DNA of 64,000 bases from an uncultured Acidobacteriota bacterium. Lineage in GTDB: Bacteria > Acidobacteriota > Terriglobia > Acidiferrales > UBA7541. Of the stretch, positions 53,727 to 64,000 are shown in pieces. The translations under genes and the position numbers were made by a program. Location of the stretch: contig CAWCCV010000022.1 of assembly GCA_963794175.1 (NCBI GenBank), positions 9,958 to 73,957 of the forward strand, read 5' to 3'. How positions within the stretch are numbered: the first letter of the stretch is position 1; each line of letters opens with the position of its first letter. Under the pieces are notes generated by a model, which made no database searches, had not been told where the DNA came from, and was given only the letters and a program-made list of their open reading frames with translations.

Positions 53727-56042
53727 GTGACGCGGAAAACACAGGCGCAGCCCCCGCTGGAAAAAAAAGAGACCGTCGTGTCTTCTCCTCCCAAAGCTGC
53801 GGGCGGAATTTCATCCATCTCCACGGCGTTGCAGTATGCGCTGAGCTTACCCGGCATTCTCCGCGGCGCTTCCACTCTCGCCCGTCTCAATCAGTTCGAA
53901 GGTTTTGATTGCCCTGGCTGCGCTTGGCCCGATCCCGACGACGAACGCAGCGCCAACGAGTATTGTGAGAACGGTGCAAAGGCAATCGCCGAAGAAACGA
54001 CCGCAAGACGCGTCACTCCGGATTTCTTTCGGCAATGGAGCGTCGAAAAGCTTTCTCGACAGTCCGATTATTGGCTCGGCCAACAAGGCCGCCTCACGCA
54101 TCCAATGCTCCTGCAAAAAAGCGCCAGCCACTATGAGCCAATCGCGTGGAAAGACGCCTTTCAGTTGATCGCAACGCAACTAAACACTCTCTTCAATCCG
54201 GACGAAGCAGTTTTCTACACCTCTGGCCGCACTAGCAACGAAGCCGCCTTTCTCTATCAACTGTTCGTTCGTGAGTTTGGAACCAACAATCTCCCCGACT
54301 GTTCCAACATGTGTCACGAATCCTCCAGCGCCGCACTGAAGCAAGCGATCGGTGTCGGCAAGGGCACAGTGAAACTTTCCGATTTCGATTTAGCGGACAG
54401 TATCTTCGTCATCGGCCAAAATCCCGGTACGAACCATCCCCGCATGTTGACAACTCTTCAGCGAGCCGCCCGCCGCGGAGCAACGATCATCAGTGTCAAC
54501 CCCCTCTCTGAAGTTGGCCTGAGCCGGTTTAAACATCCTCAGGAAGTCTTTCGCCTGTTCGGCCGTGGAACGAAAATCGCCACGCATTTCGTCCGCGTCC
54601 GGCTCAGTGGCGATCATGCTTTTTTTCGAGGCGTCTGCAAGGTTATTCTTGAAGACGAGGCGCGCAATCCTGGCGCGGCTCTTGCTCATGACTTTGTCCG
54701 CGATCATACCTGCGGCTTTGAAGAATTCCGCGCCATTGTCGCTGCGGCTTCCTGGGATGAAATCGTTAAACTGAGTGGCGTCTCCCGCGAAGAAATCGCG
54801 CAGATCGCGCACCTTGTCAAAAACTCAAAAGCAATGATCTCGTGCTGGGCCATGGGGCTTACCCAGCAGAGAAATGCTGTCGCGACCATCCAGGAAATCG
54901 TGCACATGCATCTCCTGCGCGGACAACTCGGTTTTCCGGGCTCCGGAGTGTGCCCCGTACGCGGCCATTCCAATGTGCAGGGCGACCGTACGATGGGCAT
55001 CTCTGAAAGAATGCCGGACAGTTTTCTAGACTCGATCCAATCCACATTTGGCTTTGCCCCACCGCGAACGCACGGTTACGACGTCGTTGCCTCCATTCGC
55101 GCCATGGAGCGCGGCGACGCAAAAGTTTTTTTTGCGATGGGCGGCAATTTCCTCTCTGCCACGCCCGACACAGAACGCACCGCCGCCGCATTGCAAAAGT
55201 GCAGTCTCACCGTCCATGTCTCGACCAAACTTAACCGCTCCCACCTCGTCACGGGAAAATCCGCATTGATCCTCCCCTGCCTGGGTCGAACCGATCGCGA
55301 TTTGCAAAAAACAGGCGAGCAATCTGTCACAGTTGAGAACTCGATGGGTATCGTCCACACATCACGAGGAAAACTTTCGCCGCCGTCGGAGGAACTTCTG
55401 AGCGAGCCTGCAATCGTTGCACACCTCGCTCTTGCCACGCTTGGTCCACGCTCTAAAGTGAATTGGCTGCATCTGGTCGAGGACTACGATCGTATTCGCG
55501 ATCTAATCTCGCGTGTCGTTCCCGGTTGCAACGACCTGAATCAGAAAGCGCGCAAACCCGGCGGGTTTTATCTTCCTAACCCCGCTCGTGAAGGGAATTT
55601 CATCACGGGGACTGGAAAAGCAAACTTCATTCCAAGCGCATTGCAGCCACTTGAGCTGGACGCAGGCCAGTTCTTGCTGACCACGATTCGCAGCCACGAC
55701 CAGTTCAACACAACGATTTATGGCTTGGATGATCGCTATCGAGGCATTCATGGTGGTCGCCGCGTAGTGTTTTTGAATGAAGACGATATGCGCGAACACG
55801 GCTGGAGTCGCGGAGAGAAACTCGATATCACCAGTCACTTTTCAGGAGCTAACGGAGAAGAACAGCGGGTCGCCCGCAACTTTCTCGCGGTTCCGTACGA
55901 AATCCCACGGCGCTGTGCGGCTGCGTATTTTCCGGAAGCGAACGTGCTCGTCCCGCTCGATAGCGTCGCAAAAGTTAGCAACACGCCCACATCGAAAGCG
56001 ATTGTTGTTACGTTTTCTCGCGCAGAAACAGCGGGTCTCTAG
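53727..56042 (+). CDS. FdhF/YdeP family molybdopterin oxidoreductase
   Basis: GFDCPGCAWPD, CENGAKA, YTSGRTSNE, PDCSNMCHE, RGHSNVQG, RSHDQFNTTIYG. Confidence 0.93.
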   Translation: MTRKTQAQPPLEKKETVVSSPPKAAGGISSISTALQYALSLPGILRGASTLARLNQFEGFDCPGCAWPDPDDERSANEYCENGAKAIAEETTARRVTPDFFRQWSVEKLSRQSDYWLGQQGRLTHPMLLQKSASHYEPIAWKDAFQLIATQLNTLFNPDEAVFYTSGRTSNEAAFLYQLFVREFGTNNLPDCSNMCHESSSAALKQAIGVGKGTVKLSDFDLADSIFVIGQNPGTNHPRMLTTLQRAARRGATIISVNPLSEVGLSRFKHPQEVFRLFGRGTKIATHFVRVRLSGDHAFFRGVCKVILEDEARNPGAALAHDFVRDHTCGFEEFRAIVAAASWDEIVKLSGVSREEIAQIAHLVKNSKAMISCWAMGLTQQRNAVATIQEIVHMHLLRGQLGFPGSGVCPVRGHSNVQGDRTMGISERMPDSFLDSIQSTFGFAPPRTHGYDVVASIRAMERGDAKVFFAMGGNFLSATPDTERTAAALQKCSLTVHVSTKLNRSHLVTGKSALILPCLGRTDRDLQKTGEQSVTVENSMGIVHTSRGKLSPPSEELLSEPAIVAHLALATLGPRSKVNWLHLVEDYDRIRDLISRVVPGCNDLNQKARKPGGFYLPNPAREGNFITGTGKANFIPSALQPLELDAGQFLLTTIRSHDQFNTTIYGLDDRYRGIHGGRRVVFLNEDDMREHGWSRGEKLDITSHFSGANGEEQRVARNFLAVPYEIPRRCAAAYFPEANVLVPLDSVAKVSNTPTSKAIVVTFSRAETAGL

Positions 56043-56045
56043 GTC

Positions 56046-57779
56046 CTACGCCACCGCGCTCGATGTCGAAGGCGCGTCCGTGTCCGTCAAAGCGCTCTGC
56101 GCGGTCGCCTGAAATCGCACCAGCAGCATCGTCAAATCGTCAGCCTGCCGCGCCCCGCGCACAAAATTCTCCACCGATTCGAGGATGCACTTTTGCAGGT
56201 GCTCGAGGGTCACGTCGCCCTTGTCGTTTAGTACTTCCTCCAGCCGCTTCATCCCGAACATTTCGTCTTCCGGATCCATCGCTTCCGTCACGCCGTCGCT
56301 GAACAGCACCAGGGTATCGCCAGGCTCGAGTTTCAAACACACCGCCGTGTATTCCGCTTCGGGCACAAGCCCCACCGGATATGATCCCTCCGTGAAAGGC
56401 GTTTCGGCTTTTCCACGCCGAATCAAATAAGGCGAGGGATGTCCCGCATTGATGAACTCCAAATTCCCGCTCGTGTCCATCACGCCGAAAAACATCGTCG
56501 CGTAGCGTCCCACTTCCGCGTGGTCGCAAAGAAATCGATTGATGTGATTGAACACGCGCGCCGGGTCCACGCCAATCGTCAGTCCAGAGAGCGCTCCCTG
56601 CAACATCGTGGTCAGCAGTGCCGCTCCCAGCCCTTTTCCGGAAACGTCAGCGATCAGAAACGCCGTGCGGCCGTCGTCGATCGGGAAAACATCAAAATAG
56701 TCTCCTCCCACGGACAGACACGGAAAGTTGCAACCCGAGACGTCCAGATGCGGATAGTCCTTGAATCCGCGCGGCAAGAGCGCCTGCTGAATGTCCCGCG
56801 CAATATTAATTTCCGCTTCAAGCCGTTGCCGCTCGCGTTCGCGCTCCACCAATCGCGCATTGTCCAGCGTTCCAGCCGCGTCCGCCGCCAGCGCATCCAG
56901 AATCTGCCGGTCGAGTTTTGAAAACGCCGCCGGCCGCCGCGAATCCAGATAAACGACGCCCAAAAACTGTCCGCGGCTGATATCCATTAGCGATTCATCC
57001 GAACTTGCACGCGTCACTGAATACAACGGAATCACCACAACCGCGCGCAACCCCTGTGCCACAATGCTCTGCGCTTCCTGCAAATTCATTTCCGCTTGCG
57101 CCAAATCTTCCGTAATCACCGCCTTCTGCTGCTTCAGCGCCATCTGAATCGCAGTCTGGCTCGGGGACAGGCTTTCCGGCGGCAAACGCATCCCGCCGTT
57201 TTTCCGTGCAAGCCGCACGCTCAATTTTCCCGCCTGGCCCACTTCGAGCAGCAATCCGCGGTCTGCATTCGTCACCGAAATGGCGTGATCCAGCATCTTT
57301 CCCAGCACGGAATCTAGCGGCAGTTGCGAATGGAGCAGCGTCGTCGCTTCCAGCAGCAAATTCAGCTTGTTCAATCCGCCGGACGATTGGTCCGCGCTGG
57401 TCATGTGCTCGATCCGCGTCAAAAACATCGGAATCGAGTCGTCGCCCGAACTCTCCGACGACTGGAAAATAATTTCGTAGGAATCTTCAAGCCCGAAGGA
57501 AATTACATCGCCCGCCTGCAGCTCGCGGCTCTCCACCTTTTCGCCGTTTACAAAAAGGCCGCGCCGCTGCCCGCGATCCTCGATATAAAACTTGTTCGCT
57601 TCGCTGACGATTGCCGCGCAGTTCCGAGAAATTCGCCGGTCGTTCAATTGCAAATGGTTTCCGGTCTCCGCGCCGCGGCCGATAAAAAACGGCGTTTGCG
57701 TCACGCGCACGTAGCGCTTGCCGCCGTCGTTCGAGTGAACTTCCAGAACGGCTTCGCTGATGGGAAGGGCTTCGGACAT
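56046..57779 (-). CDS. FHA + GAF + SpoIIE/PP2C phosphatase
   Basis: IGR..ISR...G.FVNG FHA; GAF; GGDYFD, ADVSGKG, SDGVTE, DDLT. Confidence 0.9.
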   Translation of the reverse strand: MSEALPISEAVLEVHSNDGGKRYVRVTQTPFFIGRGAETGNHLQLNDRRISRNCAAIVSEANKFYIEDRGQRRGLFVNGEKVESRELQAGDVISFGLEDSYEIIFQSSESSGDDSIPMFLTRIEHMTSADQSSGGLNKLNLLLEATTLLHSQLPLDSVLGKMLDHAISVTNADRGLLLEVGQAGKLSVRLARKNGGMRLPPESLSPSQTAIQMALKQQKAVITEDLAQAEMNLQEAQSIVAQGLRAVVVIPLYSVTRASSDESLMDISRGQFLGVVYLDSRRPAAFSKLDRQILDALAADAAGTLDNARLVERERERQRLEAEINIARDIQQALLPRGFKDYPHLDVSGCNFPCLSVGGDYFDVFPIDDGRTAFLIADVSGKGLGAALLTTMLQGALSGLTIGVDPARVFNHINRFLCDHAEVGRYATMFFGVMDTSGNLEFINAGHPSPYLIRRGKAETPFTEGSYPVGLVPEAEYTAVCLKLEPGDTLVLFSDGVTEAMDPEDEMFGMKRLEEVLNDKGDVTLEHLQKCILESVENFVRGARQADDLTMLLVRFQATAQSALTDTDAPSTSSAVA

Positions 57780-57910
57780 AGGCTGTTTCCGCCGTGATTG
57801 TAGCACGCACGGGAGGCCCTTTTGCCATGCCGTGCCTCTTGCGAAGTTGCCTGCTTTGAATCCCTTGCGGGTGCTCGCCCTGCCCGCCAGAATGTTAAGG
57901 CACTTCAAAA

Positions 57911-58778
57911 TTGAGGCCGATTTTGCGAACCAAATTTCGCTTTCTTTCCGTCTGCTTGTTGTTCGGAGTGTGTTGCGCAAGCCAAACCGCAGCGCAGCAA
58001 TGCACGATCGTCCCCAAAGGCTGTCAATCTCGGCGAAACCTTGCGCCTCACCTGTTCCGGCGATGTCGCCTCCGCCAAATGGCATGACCGCGCCATTCGC
58101 CTCTTCGCCCAACCCGATGGCAAAAAACTCGGCTTGATGCCAGTCTCCGTGAAAGACACGCCCGGCACCACCGCAATCGATTTTCTTTCGCAGCAAGGTG
58201 CCACGCTCGCTTCCGAGAAATTTGTCGTTCGCGCCACGCGTTTCCCATCTGAAAACGTCCGTCTCAGCGCGGAGATTGATGCGTTGCGTTCCTACACCCG
58301 AAGAAATCAAACTCCTCACCGATTTTCGCAACGGTGTTTCAGACGAACGCTATTGGCAGGATCCGCTCGCTCCCCGGTAGAAGGCTGCGTCACTTCTCCG
58401 TTCGGCGTGAAACGCCTTCACAACGGCAAGCCCACTGGCGAATCTCACGGCGGCGTCGATCAGCGCACTCCGGCCGGCGAACCGATTCGCGCCATCGCCG
58501 ACGGAAAAATCGTCTACGCGCAAAAATTCAACGTCCTCGGCAACGCCGTCGGCATCGACCATGGTCAGGGTCTCGGCTCGATGTACCTCCACATGTCAAA
58601 ACTCGCGGTCGCTCCCGGCGCTTTGGTAAAAAAAGGTGACGTACTCGGTTACGCTGGCTCGACCGGTCGCTCCACCGGCCCGCATCTTCACTGGGTGCTC
58701 TATGCAAACGGTGTCAACGTCAATCCTGCGCAGTGGTTAAAGCTCACTGCATGCCCGCGCCCATCGGAAATGAAATAA
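57911..58778 (+). CDS. Secreted M23 family metallopeptidase (frameshifted N-terminal half)
   Basis: HGGVD, YLHMS, STGPHLHW; signal-like FRFLSVCLLFGVCCASQTAA from TTG at 57911. Confidence 0.82.
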
Positions 58779-58989
58779 AAAGGTTCCGCCGCAAAATAAT
58801 TCCGCACGGATGATACAGGTCTCCACCTGTGCCCTAGTGCTTTTGCATTATTGCCGCAAGTCATCACTCCGTTTTAAAAACTCCAATCCCTAAGTGGCCG
58901 GATTCTGTCCCGGCCCGGCAGTCTGGGGTGGCTGCTGAACTCCCGGGTCGAACGCTGACCGGCAATCGAAAATTGAAAGAGGCTCAACG

Positions 58990-61900
58990 ATGAAGCTGTC
59001 GTCGAAATGGGCGTTACTCGCAGTGTGTGCACTCATGGTTTCGTTTTCCTCCAGCGCGCAAGAAACCACGGGCACCATTCGCGGCACCGCTCTCGATGCA
59101 AGCGGCGGCACCGTTTCTGGTGCAACCGTCAGCGCCACGCAAATGGAAACAGGCCTCGCGCGAACCGTCTCCTCTGATTCCGCGGGTGCGTTTGTGATTC
59201 TCGCCTTCCCCGTCGGCCATTATCGCGTCGAAGCGGACGCAAAAGGCTTTCGCAAATTCGTTCAGGATGGCGTCAAGCTTGACGTAAATCAGACTGCAAC
59301 CCTCACGCTCCGCCTTGCCGTCGGTGCTAAGACGGAAACAGTCGAAATTCTTGAAAATGCTCCGTTGATCGAAAGCACGACACACGAGCCTCGGTAAAAC
59401 CGTTCAGGAGCGCGAAATTCTCGATCTTCCGCTGAACGGCCGCAATTTCACACAGCTTGGCGTACTCCAGCCCGGCGTTGTGCCCATCACTCCCGGCCTT
59501 GCCACAGCCGGCGGTTCCCTGCGCGAAGGCCAGGCGTACTCCGTCAACGGGCAGCGCCCCGAATCCAACAATTTCTTGATCGATGGAGCGGATAATTTCA
59601 ACGGCGTGGACGGCGGCTACGTGATGGCGCTTCCTGTCGACGCGATCTCGGAATTTCGCATTCTCACGCACACTGCGAACGCCGAATTTGGCCACAGCAC
59701 CGGCTCAACCACGAACATCATCACGCGCTCCGGCACAAACAACTATCACGGCGCGCTTTGGGAATTTGTCCGCAACGACATGTTCGACGCCAAAAGTTTC
59801 TTTGCCCAAGACGTCGAGCCGCTTAAGCGCAATCAGTTCGGCGGAACATTCGGCGGGCCAATCAAGCGCGAGAAAACATTTTTCTTCCTCTATTACGAAG
59901 GCTTGCGCAACCGCCAGGGTGAAACCACGGTTGCTACCGTCCCCAGCGTCGCCGAACGCGGCGGCGATTTCGGCGAACTCTGCCCCGAAGGATTTACATG
60001 TCGGCGGCCTTTGCAACAATCCCGGCAACCAGATCTACAACGTGTTCGCTCCTTCCCCGCAGCCCATTCCGTTTAATCAGCTGCCCGGAATCAATCCAAT
60101 TTCGCAAAATATCCTGGCCTTCTATCCGCTCCCGAATCTGCCCAACAACAGATTTGTTGCCACCGAGTCCAAGCCTCAAAACGGCGATCAGTTCGGTTTG
60201 CGCTTCGATCACTACCTGACCAGCAAAGACATGCTGAATTTCCGCTACAGCTTCAATCAGGGAAACGTCACCGACCCACTCTCAACATCCGGCGCAAACG
60301 TTCCCGGTTTTCCGGTTGGCGAAGATCAGCGCGCGCAGAATTTTGTCGCAACGGAAACGCACACTTTTTCACCGACCCTCGTCGCGCTGGCTCGTTTCTC
60401 CTTCCTCCGCAACAAATTTCTGTTCGATCAACACCTCAACCACACAGATCTCGCCAGCCTCGGCTTCAGCTATTCGCCTTCGCTCGAAGAAGCGAGCGGG
60501 CCTCCCTTTGTTCAGGTCGCCGGGCTTTGCCTCTGTCGGCGATCCCATCACCGGCCCGCGCAACAGCTACCAAAATACTTTTGACCTGAACGGTTCTTTC
60601 ACCTGGATTCACGGGCGTCACGAACTGAAATTCGGCGGCGGCTGGGGCCACGATCAAATCAACGTGTTGCAGGGAATTGCGACCAACGGATTTTTCGTCT
60701 TCGTCAACGCGCCGCTTACGAATCCGATTGCAAGTTTCCTGATCGGCCAGCCGATTTTCTTCCTGCAAGGCAGCGGAGATTTCGCTCGCGGCTTGCGCGG
60801 AAACAACGTCAACGCGTACGCGCAGGACACGTTCAAAATCTCTTCGCGCTTCACCGTAAATTTCGGATTGCGCTACGAAATTCCGTTTCCATACACCGAA
60901 ATTCATGACCGCCAAAATCTTTTTGAGCCCGGCGTTCAGTCCGTGGTTCTTTCCGACAGCGCCCGCCGGCCTCGTTTATCCCGGCGATCCTGGAGTTCCG
61001 CGCGGTCTGATTCAAACGGAAAAAAAAGCGTTCGCTCCGCGCATCGGTCTTGCGTGGGATCCAACCGGCAGCGGAAAGTGGCTCGTCACTTCGTCGTACG
61101 GAATTTTCTACGATCCGTTTTACACGGGTCAGGGCGGCCCGCTGCAGGATCCGATCAGCGCGCCGCCATATCTGCAAACGGCGCAGATTAGCGTCCCGAA
61201 TTTCGCTGATCCATACGCCGGATTGCCTCCGTCCAGTGAACGGATTTACGCAGCCGATGACTTTGTTGGTGCTCAACAAGGATCTGAAATTGCCGTACGC
61301 GCAGGATTGGAACGTGAATTTCCAGCGCTCGTTCGGTGGCGACTGGCTTTTTGAAGCCGGTTACATTGGAACGAAGGGCACGCATCTGCCGCGCTTCATC
61401 GAAGGAAATCCAACCACATTTGAACCCGGCGACACTGCGCAAGACGATGCGGACCGCCGCCGTTTGTATTCCGGTTGCACGCGCACGGATACAAGTCCTT
61501 GCACGTTTTCTTCAGTAGGCGAAATTGCCGGCATCACAAACTCCATTTACAACGCGCTGCAAATGAGTTTGCAAAAGCGCTTCAGCCGCGGGCTTTCTTT
61601 CCTTGCGTCGTACACATACTCGAAGAGCATTGACGACGTTTCTTCGTTCAACATTACCGGTTCCGCTTCGCAGAGCACCGCGGGCGAAAACGATCTCGCA
61701 CAAAATCCATTCGATCTCGGCCTCGAACGCGGCCGCTCGATGTTCGATGCGCGGCATCGTTTCGTGATCAGTTATCAATGGAATCTTCCGTTCTTCGAAA
61801 AAGCCGAAGGGTGGAAGCGGCGCGCTCGGTGGCTGGCAAGTGAACGGCATCACCACGTTCATGACCGGAACGCCGTTCACGGTTTACGATTCCGCAGGCG

Positions 61901-62316
61901 TTTCGCTGCAGGGCGGCGCTCCGGAGATTTCCGGATTTCCGAGCGACCGGCCGAACGTGATCGGCGACTTTACCAAGGGCACTTGCCCGAATGGCGCGAG
62001 CGCCGGAACTCCGAACTGCTGGATCAGCCCCAACGGATTCCAGCGGCTCGATCCAAACACGCAAGCCGGACAATTTGGCAATGCCGGACGAAACATTGCG
62101 CAAGGTCCCGGATATCAGCAGTGGGACTTTTCGGCGCTGAAGAATTTCCGCATCACGGAAACGAAGACGATCCAGTTCCGCGCGGAACTTTTCAACATTT
62201 TCAACCACGCGAATTTGGGACTTCCGGTGAACGATATGAATTCGTCGAACTTCGGATCCATCGCCAGTGCGCAGCCTGGACGGCTCGTGCAGTTCGCGCT
62301 GAAATTTCTTTTCTAG
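58990..62316 (+). CDS. Oar-like TonB-dependent receptor with N-terminal carboxypeptidase regulatory-like domain (several frameshifts)
   Basis: Signal peptide, GTIRGT..D.SG, LPLNGRNF, RSGTN, NQFGGTFGGPI, APRIGLAWD, FRAELFNIFNH, terminal LKFLF. Confidence 0.9.
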
Positions 62317-62338
62317 AAAGTTCTTCTTGGATGGCTCC

Positions 62339-63212
62339 TTAGCGTGCCGCTGCGGCCTGGCGGCGACTGACGTACTCGGTGACGTAGAAGTCAAAGAGTT
62401 CGTCGAGGCGGCGCGTGATGGGTCCCGGGAGCGACGGGAATTTTTTGGCCGGCGATTTCGCCGACACCAATCAAATTGCGATTCGTGGAAGAGATGAAGA
62501 CTTCGTCGGCCGTGGCGAAGTCCTCCGGCTTTAAAGTCTGCTCGACGACGGAAATTCCGGCTTCGGGCGCGATTTCCATCAAGATGCCACGCGTCACCCC
62601 TTCGAGACAGCCGGAGCTGAGTGGAGGCGTTAACACCTTGTCGCCCTTCACGACGAAAATATTTGCGGCGGTGCATTCGGCGACTTCGCCGCGTTCATTG
62701 AGAAGAACAACTTCGTCGAAACCTTCTTTTTGCGCTTCGGCAACGGCCCATACATTTGGAAGCCAGGAAATTGTTTTGACTCCGGCGAGAGGGGAGGCGG
62801 CGTGGCGGCCGTGTTCGCGAATTGCGAGGCGAACGGGTTCGCGGTATTCGGGCAGCGGCGCCGTGTAAATCACCAAATCGACTTGCGGCATCGGCTCGTC
62901 GCTGCGCCAGGCGCCGAACTGGTTGTAGATCAGATAGATTCGCGCGCAGCCGTCGGAAACTTTGTTGGCGCGAATCACTTCCTGCAGTTGCACACGAATT
63001 TTTGCGCCGGTATTCGGCAGAGGCATGCGAACGATGGCGGCGTCTTTTTCGAGGCGACGCCAATGGCGTTCGTAGCCGAAGGCTTCGCCTTTCACGATGC
63101 GAATCGTGGTGAAGAGGCCCCAGCCGCAGATGACGCCGGCTTGTCCCGGTGAGAGGCGGCAGTCCTCGATGGGCATGACCTTGTCGTTATGAAAAATATG
63201 ACGATGGATCAA
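62339..63212 (-). CDS. Class IV aminotransferase (IlvE/PabC family; frameshift near 62430)
   Basis: HWRRL, GVKT catalytic Lys, E...ANIF, LEGVTR, ADEVFISST. Confidence 0.88.
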
Positions 63213-63498
63213 GAGAGTTCCTCAATAGTATTCTCGGTTCGATTGTATACCGGCGCGGCGACAGGGGGTAAGGAGCGGCGGCGTTTTGCCCTCTGAGGTA
63301 CACCCCGGGTTCTCGCAAAGAGTGCGGAAGTGGTTGAAAAGAAGAGAAGTAAGCAGCGCGACCGTGCAAAAGAGTGCCTGAAAAGAGCGCGAGGAAAATT
63401 GGGGCGAGTTTGGCTCAGAGTGATTCGATTGTTTAAAGGATTTCTAAGGGCGGGTTGGAAGTACTATGCTTGCGATTTCCGGATACAGGAGGCGAGTC

Positions 63499-64000
63499 AT
63501 GCGCCGTGGTTGTTCGTTTGCGCTTTTTGCGCTGATGTTTGCGACAAATCTTTATGGGCAGGCGAAGCCGAAGGAATCGCTGCTGGTGCTTTCAAAGCAC
63601 GACCATACGCTTGCGATTGTTGATCCCGTGACATTGAAAGTTGTGGCGAAGGCGCCTGTGGGGGATGACCCGCATGAAGTGATCGCTACGACGGATGGGA
63701 AGGTGGCGTATGTCTCGAACTATGGCGGCGGAGGCGCGGGCGCTCTGCACACGCTGGCGGTAATCGACCTTGTGGGACAGAAGGCGTTGGCGCCGATTGA
63801 TCTTGGCGCGCTGAAGGGGCCCCATGGACTGGATTTTGCGGGCGGGAAAGTGTGGTTTACGGCTGAAGCGGCGAAGGTGTTTGGAAGTGTCGATCCGGCG
63901 AACGGGACAAGTGGATTTCGTTTTGGGCAGCGGACAGAACCGCACGCACATGGTTTTTGTGTCGCAGGATTTGAGCAGGATTTTTACGTCGAACATTCAG
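63499..64000 (+). CDS. YncE/YVTN-like beta-propeller secreted protein (partial)
   Basis: AGGAGG RBS; MRRGCSFALFALMFATNLYG then VG.DPHE..DGKVAYVSNYG, GPHGL; not in the ORF track, runs to the window end. Confidence 0.8.
   Translation, partial: MRRGCSFALFALMFATNLYGQAKPKESLLVLSKHDHTLAIVDPVTLKVVAKAPVGDDPHEVIATTDGKVAYVSNYGGGGAGALHTLAVIDLVGQKALAPIDLGALKGPHGLDFAGGKVWFTAEAAKVFGSVDPANGTSGFRFGQRTEPHAHGFCVAGFEQDFYVEHS

Noticed and set aside
63213-63498. Purine-rich intergenic stretch and 97-aa ORF 63330..63623
   Set aside because: No repeat unit or structure found; the ORF overlaps the better-supported gene starting at 63499

Overview
A gene-dense, GC-rich bacterial chromosomal segment whose gene content (two Acidobacteria-type VWA proteins, an Oar-like TonB receptor, a Hanks kinase with a TolB-like propeller, a PEP-CTERM protein) points to Acidobacteriota; this is inferred, not database-verified. 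It carries recA, lexA, a UvrD/PD-(D/E)XK helicase-nuclease, central metabolism genes (pyc, korAB, thiolase, hbd), peptidases, two PP2C phosphatases and an ECF sigma/anti-sigma operon. No rRNA, tRNA, CRISPR array, integrase or transposase was recognised. About 20 genes are split by small indels, most likely long-read consensus errors. The main signals beyond routine annotation: (1) a complete ~170-nt transcription unit (promoter, 5' GNRA hairpin, RBS, 18-aa Lys-rich ORF, terminator) at 13504-13708 that the ORF track misses; (2) a TTCGC-N6-TTCGC operator in the promoters of lexA, a DinB-family gene and a 68-aa Cys/His protein upstream of recA, outlining an SOS regulon; (3) a pseudo-receiver/TM/coiled-coil/trypsin protease fusion after lexA; (4) an S41 peptidase remnant, a leaderless-promoter pattern and a recurring GCRTCTAA motif.
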